From: Felis catus
Lineage: Eukaryota
DNA: 64,000 nt
Assembly (NCBI RefSeq): GCF_018350175.1
Contig: NC_058370.1
Span: 90,644,001 to 90,708,000, forward strand
Direction: 5' to 3'
Within the stretch, counting starts at the first letter, position 1; each line of letters begins with the position of its first letter. A model generated the notes under the pieces. The model was not told the DNA's origin. It made no database searches and worked only from the letters and a program-made list of their open reading frames with translations. Positions 38,488-50,098 of the stretch are shown one piece after another. The translations under genes and the position numbers were made by a program.

Positions 38488-41400
38488 ATAAAGTACAATA
38501 TAGATTATATTAAGGATCTGGTACTTATTTAATACTAGTACTGATACTTGTTTTGATTTACACTTGCACATTCACAAATGTGCTTGTTTCCCCTTACAAT
38601 TTGTTCCTTCAGCCATCAAACATAAAAACCTCCCTGCGTCAGCATCACCTTTTCTTATCCACCCATCTCTCTCCTCCAAGACCACTCCCCCAAAAGGTTT
38701 CTGAATTCCATCCTTTAGGATCTTTTTTCTCCTAAATTGAGAGGTCGAATACAATCTCTTCTCAACTGAATCGTTTTAAACCTGTTCCGATTTCTCCGAC
38801 ACACATGCACATATACACACCCTCCACCCCAATCTCCCTTCCTCTTCATAGAAAAAATTGTCAAGAGTTGTCCGTGCTCCACTTCTATATCTTATCTCTT
38901 ACCACTCATTCCTTAACCCACTCCTTTCTGGTTTTCCCCATCACTCTGCGAGAATAGATCCAGTAGACAGCTTCAGTTTTCATCATGTTCCCCTTTTGGT
39001 AGCATCTCACACTGCTGTTTTGTCCTTCTCTTCCTCCTTGGCTGTCCTAACACTATGAGTCTGGTTTGATTCCTCATTCCAGTTGCTCTCTCTTGGTCTT
39101 CTTTGCATGTTCCTCCTCTAGCTAGTCACTTACATTTTTGGAGCCCTAAGGCATTCTTCTCACTCCACATCCTCTCTTTATATGTTCCCATTTACACCTA
39201 ACCTGGTATAGTCCATTGCCTTTTTTTTTTTTTAATTTTAAAGTTTATTTTGAGAGAAAGAGAGAGTGTCAGCAGGGTAGGGGCAGAGAGAGAGGGGAGA
39301 GAGTATCCCAAGCAGGCTCCATGCTGTCAGCACAGAGCCCAATGGGCGGCTCCAACTCACAAACCACAAGATCATGACCTGAGCTGAAACCAAGAGTCAG
39401 ATGCTCAACCCACTGAGCCTCCCGGGCGCCCCTGCCTTCTTAATGTTTCTAAAACGTAATATAGGTGCAAAAAATAAACCTGTAATTCTTTCAGCAAAAT
39501 CCACCCTAGAAACCTAGGAGTCAACTTGATACTTCTCGTCTTTGGTTCCCAAAGTCAGTCCAGAACCAAGTCATGTCAGTATTACTTCCTAAACATCTCT
39601 TCAATCCACTCACTCTTGTTCTTCTCCACACCATTCTCAGAAATGCAGAGTGGTTTTTTGGGGGCCACAAACCTGATCATGTCCTCTTACAGCCCTGCTC
39701 ATGAAAACACTTCAGTCGCTTCCCATTGCTTTTAGCATAAAGACCCAAATCCTTAGTGTAGTCTGTGAGGTCTTCCATGATCTCTCAGCACCTCTGTGTT
39801 CTCAGCACCTTGCACAGTGCTTTGCAAATAGCAGGAGTTCAGTAAATAGCTTTCAGCACTTAAGCTCTTAGAACCTCAATTTCTTTGCCTGCAAAAGGGC
39901 AGTAAATGGTTCAATTATCTCTACATTCTTTTCCTCTTCTAAAATTCTACAGCTTTCACGTGTTGTAGGGAAGAACTATAAAACCAAATTGAAAAATGAT
40001 AAACACACCTCATTCTGATTTTCTCATTCCTTAAATCTTACTGGCTTCCTCTAAAAGCCAGCAGATGTATCTTCTTTCTCTATGGAAGGTGGAGTTCTTT
40101 ATAAATGATCTTATCTATCCTTTATGATTGTACCACCCATGAGAATGCTCCCTCTGTGTGATTTGGCCGTGAAAGGAAGCCTATCTCATATCTCCATCAT
40201 AGAACTCTCAGGACTCTTGCAACCTCTCTCCTCACTAAGAATGGTCTCTGTTCTTAGTATGTGTCCTTCTCCAGCCTTCATATCCCAGACTCAGTAGCAG
40301 ATTCCAAGATGTACACAAATATTCCTGATCTCTGAAAATTACTTCAGGCCATGCATACCTATAGGTAATTCCTGGGTCTCAAACATCCCAAGGATGGCTG
40401 ACTTCTAAAGCTAGTTCATATTAACTTGAAGCCCAGAGATGCCTGTTGGCTTGCACCATCCTTCTCTCAAGCAGCTTCAGGATCATTTCAGGTGTCTCTC
40501 CCTTTTCTATTATCAGTCATCCTTCAGCTATTCATCCTCTCTCTCTTTGTTGTCACCCTCCTAATCAGCTTCGTTTTTATAACAAGCTTCTAACTGGCCT
40601 TATGACATCTAGAACCTCCTCCTCCAATTCACTACTATCAGGTAAACTTTAAAAATTTTTTTTTCAACGTTTTTATTTATTTTTGGGACAGAGAGAGACA
40701 GAGCATGAACGGGGGAGGGGCAGAGAGAGAGGGAGACACAGAATCGGAAACAGGCTCCAGGGTCCGAGCCATCAGCCCAGAGCCCGACCCGGGGCTCGAA
40801 CTCACGGACCGCGAGATCGTGACCTGGCTGAAGTCGGACGCTTAACCGACTGTGCCACCCAGGCACCCCATCAGGTAAACTTTAAAAACACTGGTCTTAT
40901 TTTATCATTGTCCCATACAAATACTTTCATTTTTAATTTTTCCATAAGACAAAGATCAAACTCTCCAATCTGGCATCAAAAAGTTCCATTTTCTGGCTTT
41001 TATGCATTCAGATCTTCCTTCCATTATTTCTCAGCACAATTTTCTACTCTAGTCAACTGTCTTTTGAAAAATATCATAGTCACTGTCAAATTTGTCAGGG
41101 TCAGCAATAACTCTGTTTTGCTAAATCCAGCATTTGTGTCTCAGTCCTTGTGCTTTTAGACCCACCAGCAGCACCAACTCAGGTGATGGTGCTCTTCGTC
41201 TCCTCCTTGAAGCGCTTTATTTGGCTTATAGGCTGCCTTGCTCGCCTGGTCTTCTTTCTACCTCACCTTGCTGTTTGCATTTCACTTTACCTTCCTGACA
41301 TAACATTTAAGCTCTCTGTTCAGTCCTTGGACCTCTTTTTTCCTGTTTACATTCACTCCCTTGGTGATGTCCAGTTTTAGGACTTAAAATATGTTTATTC

Positions 41401-41775
41401 AGCAACTCTAGAGTCATATATCCAAAAATTAAACAGGTCCAAAACCAAGTTCTTGGTATACAACACCCCTCCCCCCAATCCTCACACAACACATGCTCCA
41501 CCCATTGTCTTCCTTATCAAGTAAGGCCATCTCCATACTTAGCTCAGGCTCAAAACCTTGGGGTGAACCTTAATCGCTCTCCTCTCCCACTACATTAAAT
41601 CCATCAGCAAATCCTGTCGCCTCTACCTCAACCATACACAGAATTTTATAATTTTTCATCTCTTTCACTGGTCACCATCACCCTCACTTTCTGTACTTGG
41701 CTTTCAGGAGACAATAACCTCCTAACTAATTTCTCTGCCTCCTTGATTCTACTGTATCCCTCACAGTCTATTCTT

Positions 41776-41819
<44 letters not shown>

Positions 41820-44800
41820 GTTAATGTTTATTATTTTTGAAAGAGAGAGAGAATGAACAGGGGAGGAGCAGAGAGACAGGGAGACAGAATCAGAAGCAGG
41901 CTCCAGGCTCTGAGCTGTCAGCACAGAGCCCAACACAGGGCTCGAACTCACAGACGGTGAGATCATGACCTGAGCTGAGGTCAGACGCTTAACCGACTGA
42001 GCCACCCAGGTGCCCTCCTCACAGTCTATTCTTAAAGCAGCCAAAATAATACCTTAAAAATGGAAGTCAGATGTCACGCCTCTGTTCAAAGCCTCATCTC
42101 CCACAGAGTATACACCAGTCCTCCCAAATGGCCCTATGCAATCAGGCTTCCTATTCTTTCCCTATCCCCTCTTATATCACCTTTCCTATCATTTTCTCTC
42201 TTGTTCTCTCAGCTGCAGCCCCAGTGGCCTCCAGGAGCATGACTCTTCTCCCCTCCCTCCTCCTGCCCCCTAGGATCTTTTCATTTATCATTCCTCTTCC
42301 TGTCAACACTTGTCTAGATTTCTACAGATTGTGCCCTCACCTCCCTTAAATCTTTTCCGAAATGATGCCTTTTCAAAGAGGCCTTCTCTGATGGCTCTTT
42401 TTAAAATTGCAATCTCACTTTTACTTCCTAACTCCTTCCCTGCTTTATTTTTATTCATTACACTCTTTGCCATCCTTGCATTTTAAAATTTTACTATTTT
42501 CTGATTCTTCCCTAGTCCATGAGATCAGGGATTTTTGTCTGTTTTGTTTACTGTCGAATCCCTAGTGTCTACAACAGTAGACAATATATAAATACTGACC
42601 AAATGAATCTCTTCACCTTTGTTCATGCTATCCTCTTCACTTGAAATCCCTGCTTTTTAAATTGTATAAATCTTTCAGAACCTGATGTTGGGGTCAGGCA
42701 AAGTAAAGAAAAAGCACAGAGAAAGAAGTATAGCTCCAAGACAGATAATAGCAAAGGAGCACAGCACACAGCTGTTTTAAAACAGTTTGAGTCTCCAGAC
42801 CAGATAAAGTATATTCCTTGGGGCTGAAAGAACTTTCAGGTGTGTCTGAGAGCCAAGGCAACGAAAATCTGAGCAAGTATGGAAAAGACTAGAGGTTGGA
42901 CAATGTATTTACTTTCAAAAAGAAGAAAAAGGATTCCTTAATCTAAAGAATAATATTTAAAAATAAGTTATTAAATGGAAAGTTTGTGAACAGTGGGGAA
43001 AAAATATGGAGATGCTTAGAGACCCAGAAGGATTTCAGTAAAAGTTAGCTCAAACCACCATGATTTCCTTTTTTGATAAGCTTTCTAAATTGGGAGGCTG
43101 GAAAATGGCCATGAACATAATATATCTAGATTTTAAGGAAGACTAACAAAATCTCCCACGATTTCATTATAGATAAAATGGTGAAATGCTGGCTACATCA
43201 TTGTAGTGTTCAGTTTGTTCCCAATTAGTGGGAAAAAAACATTTCACAAGTAATGAGTAAAGACTTGATGAGTAAGGAAGGGTTAGACTTTGGTTTTGAA
43301 CATTTCAATAGTTTTAAGTCACTCTGATGAAGCCAGAAGACCTAGCTATCCTGTATATCTTCCAGAGGAGGCTGGGAGGGATGATAAATGGAAAATAATG
43401 TCAAGATTCAAGATAATCTCATGGGTTCACTGTGGCTTTTAAGTGGTTTTTAAATGATGTATCAAACTAACTTAATAGAATAAACTCAACATAGATTTAG
43501 GTTCAAATAGGCTTTTCTATTAGTATCAAGGATAAAGGAAGATCTGAATTGGTTTTAGATGATTACTAGTTCAATATGAACAGTGGGATGTTTCCTCAAC
43601 AGAAAGGCATACAAAATCTGGGCATGCTCTACTCAAAGTTGAGCATTTCTACTGTACCCTGCTCTAATCAGACGATATCTGACGTTGTGTGCCCAGTGGA
43701 AGCTGACCTAGATGTCAAGAGGTCTTTCTGCAAAACTCAACTTAGGAAGAGCTGAGAGGGAAAAAAAAAAAGTATTTCAGCCTGCAAAATAGAGTGACTG
43801 TAAAGATTTCCAAATTCCTCTAAACGACCACATACGATGCTCCAGGGTTGCGAGGCACGGTAAGCACAGAGCAGTTTACCAGTGTGATTCGTTACCCTGG
43901 TAGCCAGTGCGTACCCCAGGGCTCCAGGGCAGTTGGAGAGGGTCGGGCGCCTCGGCCAAAGGATATTCTGGAAGACTTGCCTAGGAGTGCCAGGGGCTCC
44001 CGCGCTCGCAGACGCGCCTAGAGGATGGCCGCGACCGAGGGGCAGGCCTCACCTCTCCAGGAGCCCCCCCCAACCCTCAAGGTTCGGCCCTCTGGCGGGG
44101 ACTCCCGCGCCCAGCCCGGCGCTGGACACACCCAAGCGCCGCCTCCGCAGGGCGCGGCCGCGCGCTCCTTGAACTCGGACGTCGGGCCCCGGAGCCGCGC
44201 CCGCGCCGTAACCTTACCCGCCCGCGACACAGCCGGCCGCTGGGCGTGGCCTCGCCAGGCTCGGCGCGCGCCCCGGGGAGCCGGGACTCTGCCTGCCAAC
44301 CGAGGGCGTCACGGGTGCGGACGCGCGGCCGGCCGCCACTCGCCCCGCCCCGGTTGCGGACCTCAGAGAGCCGGAGCCTCGCTTGCCCCACTTCGGACCC
44401 GCCCTGAGGAGCCCTTCATAGTTCCACAAGGTTTCTCAACTCTCCAGTTTCGAAAGGGCCTCCATAGTTCCCCACTGTTCCTGAGCCCCGGACCCTCTCA
44501 AAGGTCAAGACACCGCTTCCTAGCGAGCACCCCTCCATCCCAGTCTGTTTCCCCCAGCGCCCACGCCCCTTCACCTGTAGAAGGCCGTGTTAACCCTCTT
44601 TTCGCTAGGGAAGCCCAGCATCCCGCAGACCACGTGGCTGTTATGGGCGCTCCAGCCTTTGTCACACACTTGCGACCAGCCGTCGGGAAGCCTGACTTCG
44701 ACCAGTCCCTCGGTCACTGGCAGAGGCCGCCTGCCCCTCCCCACGGCGGGCCGAAGTCGCACTTCTTCCACTTGCAGGTGCTGTTCTACCTGGGGAGGGG

Positions 44801-45391
44801 ACCACAGGCAGAGGACGGAGTCTCAGTAGCGACTTTTATTTGTCCTGCCACCCTTAAGGAACCCTGATCAGCGCGCTTGCCATGAAGACAGTGGCGAGCA
44901 GGGGCTGACACAGGGCTGAGAGGCACTCCTGCTCTCTGTGGCGAGCTGACTTTCCTGCAACCACGGGAGTGGAAGGACATGTCCTGCTCTGAGAGGCGAT
45001 TAAGGGTGCGGAGCAAACTGAGGAAGGAGCAGCCAAGGCGGCCCGGAGCACGAGGGAGAAGTTCACAGAGGAAGTGGCACTGAAGGAAGAAGTAGGAGAG
45101 AGTAAGAAGGGAAATGTTCCAGGAGAGCAGGAACCTCTGAGGAGAGGGAGAGCAAGGGATGTCCTGGGGACCAGGGATGAAGTTGGAGAGGCGCCTGCCA
45201 GGTTTAGTGACGTGAATGCTAATGTGAAAACAACCCTGGGCTTTAATATGCCTAGGAGCATTATCATTTGTCCCCCACCCCCTCAGCCTCACACCGACCC
45301 AAATGATCCCATGGGGCATATAGGATCCCCTACATTTTAGCATCCCCTCTAACCACATATAACCACCCCACAGCCCTCTCTGGCCATCCTG

Positions 45392-45444
<53 letters not shown>

Positions 45445-47753
45445 TACGAACTGCAGACCTCAATGACATTAGAATCCGAGAAGCCGGGGAGGCGCTGGTC
45501 CTTGCAGATGACTCCAGCATCCTCATCATGGGTACAGTCACTGTTCCCCCAGCCCCGGGAGGCACACTCGGTCACACTCTGCTCAGTCCCACTGCAGCTC
45601 AGGTTGTCCAGCCAGATGCGGCCTGTGGAGGGAGAGATGAGGGAATAGACAGGCTTGTGGAGGCAGGATGGAGGAGAAGGGTAAGTGGTGAGGATTTGGG
45701 GGAGAGTGACCATGAAGGCCTCACACCTGGCCTGATGATCCCGTTTTTCTGGTTAGATAATGGGATGTGAAAGAGGAGACCCTGGAAGGGAATAGGAAAG
45801 GGAGCACAGGATTGATGGAGGGTCAGTTGTGATGGGGGGGGGGGATACTCAAGAATTTGGTAGGGTGAATAAAAAACCAAGAGTCAACACTGAAATTCTC
45901 ATCAGTCCTGACCTATTCAATGATAGCTACAATTAATCAAGTATGTGTTGTGTGTTAGGCACTCTGCCATGTATGTATATACATGATTATCCTTAGAACA
46001 GAGCTGCCAGAGGTGTTATCACCATTTTACATAAAGAAATTGGGGTGACCACACAGCCAATACATGGGGGCTTAAGGGTTTGAGCCATTTGTGAGACTTG
46101 GAAATCTAAGATCCTTTCCTCTTAGCTTCACTTTCTCCCATGCGTCTTCCCGGTCTGTGTTACTGCATTGCCCCCTTGTTTTCCTCTCTGCCTGGACCAT
46201 CCTGAAATGAGTATTGCTGACTTCTCAGAGTTGGGATGGATTCAATTCCCCCCAGAGGCCATGGGATTCCACCCAATGTGACTGTCTGTCCCAACCAATG
46301 GCAGGGACCTATCATGCATACCCTGACAGGACTTTCCCAGCTTCTGCTGGGATACCTACTTCCTGCCCCACCAGGCCACTGAACCATCACAAAGTCCTTG
46401 TGACTCTCTGTGACTATCCCCCAAGATCTGATTCAGTCCTTCGATGCCATCCAGGCAGCTAAATGACTGTCAGATAAATGACTGTCCTCATATTTGGATA
46501 CAACCTTCATGCAATTGCTACCCAAAGCTTTTAGTTTTCATACCAAACATCCCTGGTTTCTTCAGCTATTCCCTCTTGAAACTTGGCTTCCAGTCTTTCA
46601 CATCTGGGCAGCTCTCCTCTGAAAGTATATCCATTTTCTACTCTCTCTTTTTTTTAAAAGTAGGCTCCATGCCCAGCATGGAGCCCAACACAGGGCTTGA
46701 ACTCACGACCCTGAGAGCAAGACCTGAGCTGAGATTAAGAGTTGGGCACTTGACCAACTGAGCCACCCAAGAGCCCCTCTACTGTCACTCTTTAAATGTG
46801 GCAACTACAAGTGATGCTTTATTCCAGAAGTGGTCCAGCCAGTAGGAAGTGGAGGATTAGCTGCAGACTGCACCAGCTTCTGTCCATCAGTCCCATTGTG
46901 GGCTCCTACAATGTAAGCATCCTCAGGTCTCAGAATTCCTCCTAAGCGCCTACTAGCCACACTCATTCTTGTCTTAGAGTTTATACTTGTTCTTAGTTCC
47001 AGCTTGTTGGTTTCAGCTCTTGCCTATAATCTGATTTGGTCAGCTGCGGTATCTGTGATCCTTTCTGGCTTTGGGATATCCAGACATCATTTATCTGTTC
47101 TCAGCTTTCCATCAAACCAACTGTACTTTAACTGTACAGGGCTCACCTGTATCAGGGCTGTCCTTGCATGTAGCAAGGTAGAATCATACTTCTGCAGAAA
47201 AAAAGGAACTTAGAGATCATGTAGTCATTTTGCACCTAGGGCCTCTGAAGTTCAGAGAAGGCACTGACCAGCTTAAGGTCACACAGTTCTGGGAAGCAAC
47301 TGTGTTAATTGGTTTGTCAGCCATGGGTTTACTTGACACTGGCTGTTTTTGGTGTCCTGGGTCCCTGTGCCTGTGCCATCCTGGTGTTTCCTCTCCCTGC
47401 ATTTAGACAATACCTAGGCCATGCATGGAGCATTGCTTACCTGTTCCAGGGCCATATTTGGCACTGTGGGTCCAGCCCGTGGCCTCTGTGAAGCCCAGCT
47501 CTCGGCAGAGGACGTGGGCAGCCTGAAGCGTGAAGTCGTCATCGCAGATGGTGCCCCACTCGCCAGCTCTCTGTATCTCCACTCGGCCCTCAAAGGGCTT
47601 CCTGGGGAAGCCGGCCAGCCGGAACCGCAGCCCCTGGCTCCCAGCCCTCTTCTCGGGGGCCGTGGATGGGGATGGAGATCCCAGGCATGAGCTGCACAGC
47701 AGACAGAGCAGCAGCCCCCATGGGCTCCGCTGCCAGATACTGACAGGTCGCAT
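30942..47753 (-). CDS. LOXL3: Lysyl oxidase-like 3 (4 SRCR + LOX domain), 753 aa
   Basis: Coding exons 47441-47753, 45459-45622, 44575-44789, 33707-33926, 33284-33464, 32985-33139, 32576-32743, 32276-32438, 31827-32070, 31619-31734, 31403-31539, 31200-31311, 30942-31015 (2262 nt). Copper motif [14 protein letters not shown] Lys in [11 protein letters not shown], Tyr in [12 protein letters not shown]. Confidence 0.98.
36100..36159 (-). CDS. LOXL3: Candidate LOXL3 cassette exon B (60 nt, [21 protein letters not shown])
   Basis: Branch point cactaac + ttctttctccttttttcag acceptor, donor GAG|gtaaat, phase 2-2, open frame. Confidence 0.65.
36810..36866 (-). CDS. LOXL3: Candidate LOXL3 cassette exon A (57 nt, [20 protein letters not shown])
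   Basis: Acceptor tcttatcctcacag, donor AAG|gtaatg, phase 2-2 matching flanking exons, open frame, locally CpG-retaining. Confidence 0.75.
38151..38362 (+). mobile_element. Can-SINE, diverged
   Basis: gggatgcctgggtggctcagtt head; TSD aaaaatgtagtattatctag. Confidence 0.9.
38447..38488. repeat. (CA)n(TA)n microsatellite
   Basis: Directly visible. Confidence 0.95.
39221..39432 (-). mobile_element. Can-SINE
   Basis: T-tail, (GA)n, ends ...cccgggcgcccc. Confidence 0.9.
40650..40869 (-). mobile_element. SINEC_Fc, young copy
   Basis: Near-consensus body; TSD atcaggtaaactttaaaaa. Confidence 0.95.
41000..42620 (+). mobile_element. LINE-2 remnant interrupted by a SINE
   Basis: L2-type text (caaaaccttggggtgaaccttaatc, ccatcagcaaatcctgtcgcctctacct, cctcctaactaatttctctgcc); approximate. 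Confidence 0.6.
41777..42016 (-). mobile_element. Can-SINE with (TA)n-expanded tail
   Basis: TSD ctcacagtctattctt; (TA)n at 41778-41816. Confidence 0.92.
42800..43770 (+). mobile_element. CR1/L3 LINE remnant
   Basis: CR1 RT-like text ttccttttttgataag...aacataatatatctagattttaagg (IYLDF) and ctgtaccctgctctaatcagac; highly decayed. Confidence 0.55.
43900..44420. promoter_or_regulatory. Intragenic CpG island just 3' of LOXL3 coding exon 3
   Basis: Dense CpG/GC boxes inside an otherwise CpG-poor intron; minus-strand donor CGG|gtaagg at 44218/44217. Confidence 0.7.
45393..45445. repeat. (GT)n microsatellite next to LOXL3 splice donor
   Basis: Directly visible, ~13 nt from the donor at 45458. Confidence 0.95.
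46646..46776 (-). mobile_element. Short Can-SINE
   Basis: taggctccatgcccagcatggagcccaacacagggcttgaactc...gagccacccaagagcccc. Confidence 0.8.
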
Positions 47754-49379
47754 GGCAGGGAAGGCCTGGGTGCCCCAGAGAGAGAGTGTGTAAGAGAAAT
47801 CACAGATGAAGTCAGGCCTGGGTTCCAGAGAGAGGTCGTGAGAGGAAGAGAGACACTGAATAAGGACAGAGACAGAGATGGTGGGAGAGAAAGACAGGGA
47901 CCCATGGACTAAGTGAGAAAGAAACAAACTAAACAAGAGCAGAAACATGGTGAGAGAGGTGCAGACTAGGGAGGGAGGTGAGAGACAGAGACCCAGAGAT
48001 AGGCTCTCCCTCCCTTTTGTAAAGAGTAAAACTGTCCCCATCAGTTGTTCTGTCTCACAACGTCCTTTCCTAGTTCTGTCATTGGCACCTCCATCACCCC
48101 CACCCATTGGTCTAAGAGACCCAGAGATCAAAAGATAGTGATTAGAGACCAAGGGCAGAGAATGGTCCAGAGACAGAGATAAGACTGAGCAAGAGGGAGA
48201 CCCAGACAGGATGTAAGAGGAAGGAAGCTGTGGGAACAAAGCGGGAGCAAACAGAAAGAGACAGCAGAGAGAGACAATGTGGAAGATGGATAGAAGGTGA
48301 TTGTGAGAGAGCCAAGTACACAGAGCAATGGACAGACATGGGCAACAGGTGAGGAGAGGGACTGGCAGGAGCCAACGAGGGGCAAGGGGCGGCGGGAAGG
48401 ACCCAGATGATTCCATTCAGCCATTCGGACAGAGGACAGACAGCTACTGATTGTGGAGAGAAGCAGGCAAGGGGGGTTAGGAGACCCTCAGATCTTAGTT
48501 AGGTTTCTGAATGGGAGCCAAGCCCAGAGTCCTGTCTGGGCAGATCCCAAGGCAGAGAGGGCAGAGACCAGAACACATGGAGAACCCCCTGCACAGCCTA
48601 CCCAGCACACAGGCTCTCACATGCCCTGCAGGTTCAAGGGGCCCAGGAGGGCCAGGCCTCAAGCTGGGAGGGGTGTGGGGTGGGGTTGTCCAGACCTCCT
48701 GCCAACACTGCCATGGCTGTCACTGGGCAACGGGAGCCCAGGGCGCCAATCGGCTCCTCAGCCAAGGCCTTTCCTCTGTCTGGGGCTGAGAACAGCCCCT
48801 CTCCAGCAAGAGGCCCCCCGAACATGCTTTCCCCCCACTCAGACAAACAACACAACAGGAAAGCTTTGTTCTGGGGACATTCTGGCTTGGGGGCCCAGGG
48901 GTAGGGCCTCACAGAGGAGCCCCCAGCCTTAGGGCCCTCGCGGCTGCCCTATTTGGAACATCCTGCAGCCCCCCACCCGCCAAATATCTGCCTCCTCTCT
49001 CCACTCTCCTTGTGTCTCACTCTTCTTTAACAGTGATAAAACCCTCAGTGGGTTGGGTTCCCCTCGACCCTAACCCGCATCACCCCTTTTCGTGGTCCCT
49101 CCACCATCCTCCCATCCGAAACGCTCCTTCCTCCCGCGGCGGCGTGACTCCCCCTACCTTGGCTGAGCGGGGACCTAGGGGCTGGGAGAAGAGTCCAGGT
49201 CCTGGAGATCAGTCCTAGGACTTCCCCAAAAAAGTGCTCGGCCAGGGGAGACTGGACCCCCCCCTCTTTCCCCCCTCTCCTTTCGTCCCTCCCATGTCCC
49301 CTTGAGCCCTCCCACATTCCGCCCTCTCCCTCGATTCCTCCCAGGCCAGTTCCCTCCTCTTCTCCTTTTGGTCCTCCCC

Positions 49380-50098
49380 TCCCCCGTGGAGCTGGCCGCA
49401 GCCGCTCCACCTCCCTCCGCCCCCCACCGCCGACCCTCCCGGCCTGCTCAATGAAGCTTTCTTTTCCCGCGGGTTGGAGGCCGGGCAGCTGCGGTCAGTG
49501 AGCTAGACACGCAAAAGGCCATGGGGCCGCGGACCGGCCCGAACGGCGGCCCCTGGGGCGGCGGGAGTCCGCGGCTCAGCTCCGGGCTCTGGGAAGCCTT
49601 CCAGTCCCCAGCCCCCATCCTTCCCCCAACTCCCGGGCTCCGCGGAGTGTAAACAGCCCGACTCCAGCCGGGCTGGGGGCGGGTCCGGTCAGGGGAACCG
49701 AGGCTATGAAAGCCCACATAGTCCCTCCGGTGCCCCAGAACGCCCACTGGCGTTTTCGGAGTGACGTCACGGCCTTCACTCTGACGTCACGTTGAGCATA
49801 CGACGTCGTACACAACCCCTAAGCCCAGGCGCGCCAGAGCCCTCTGGTCGAAACTGCGAGCTTTCTTTTGGTGAAGCCACTTGTGCGCGTCCCAGGACTG
49901 TGGGCAGGGGCCTAAGAATGGTGCACCGCCAACTTATCTGGGGACCCCCTCCCTTTTCTTCCTGCTCCTCTCCTGGCTCCCCCTGAGCGGTCCGCGAAGG
50001 CCGGGGGAGGGGCGGGAACGCCTCCGGAGGCCCGGCCCCGCCCCCGCCCCGCCTCTAGCCCGCAGGGCCAGGAAGCGCGGAAGGAACCGCCGGGGGCC
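49380..50098. promoter_or_regulatory. LOXL3/DOK1 divergent CpG-island promoter with CRE sites
   Basis: TGACGTCA at 49762-49769 and 49782-49789, GC boxes at ~50035-50052, ETS-like ggaag motifs. Confidence 0.85.

Noticed and set aside
44025-44867. 280-aa plus-strand ORF
   Set aside because: Antisense to a LOXL3 exon and CpG island; Arg/Pro/Gly-rich chance ORF
47754-48416. Apparent long N-terminal extension of LOXL3 (337-aa ORF)
   Set aside because: Reads through a CT-rich intron; the signal peptide begins at 47753 and a splice acceptor lies just upstream
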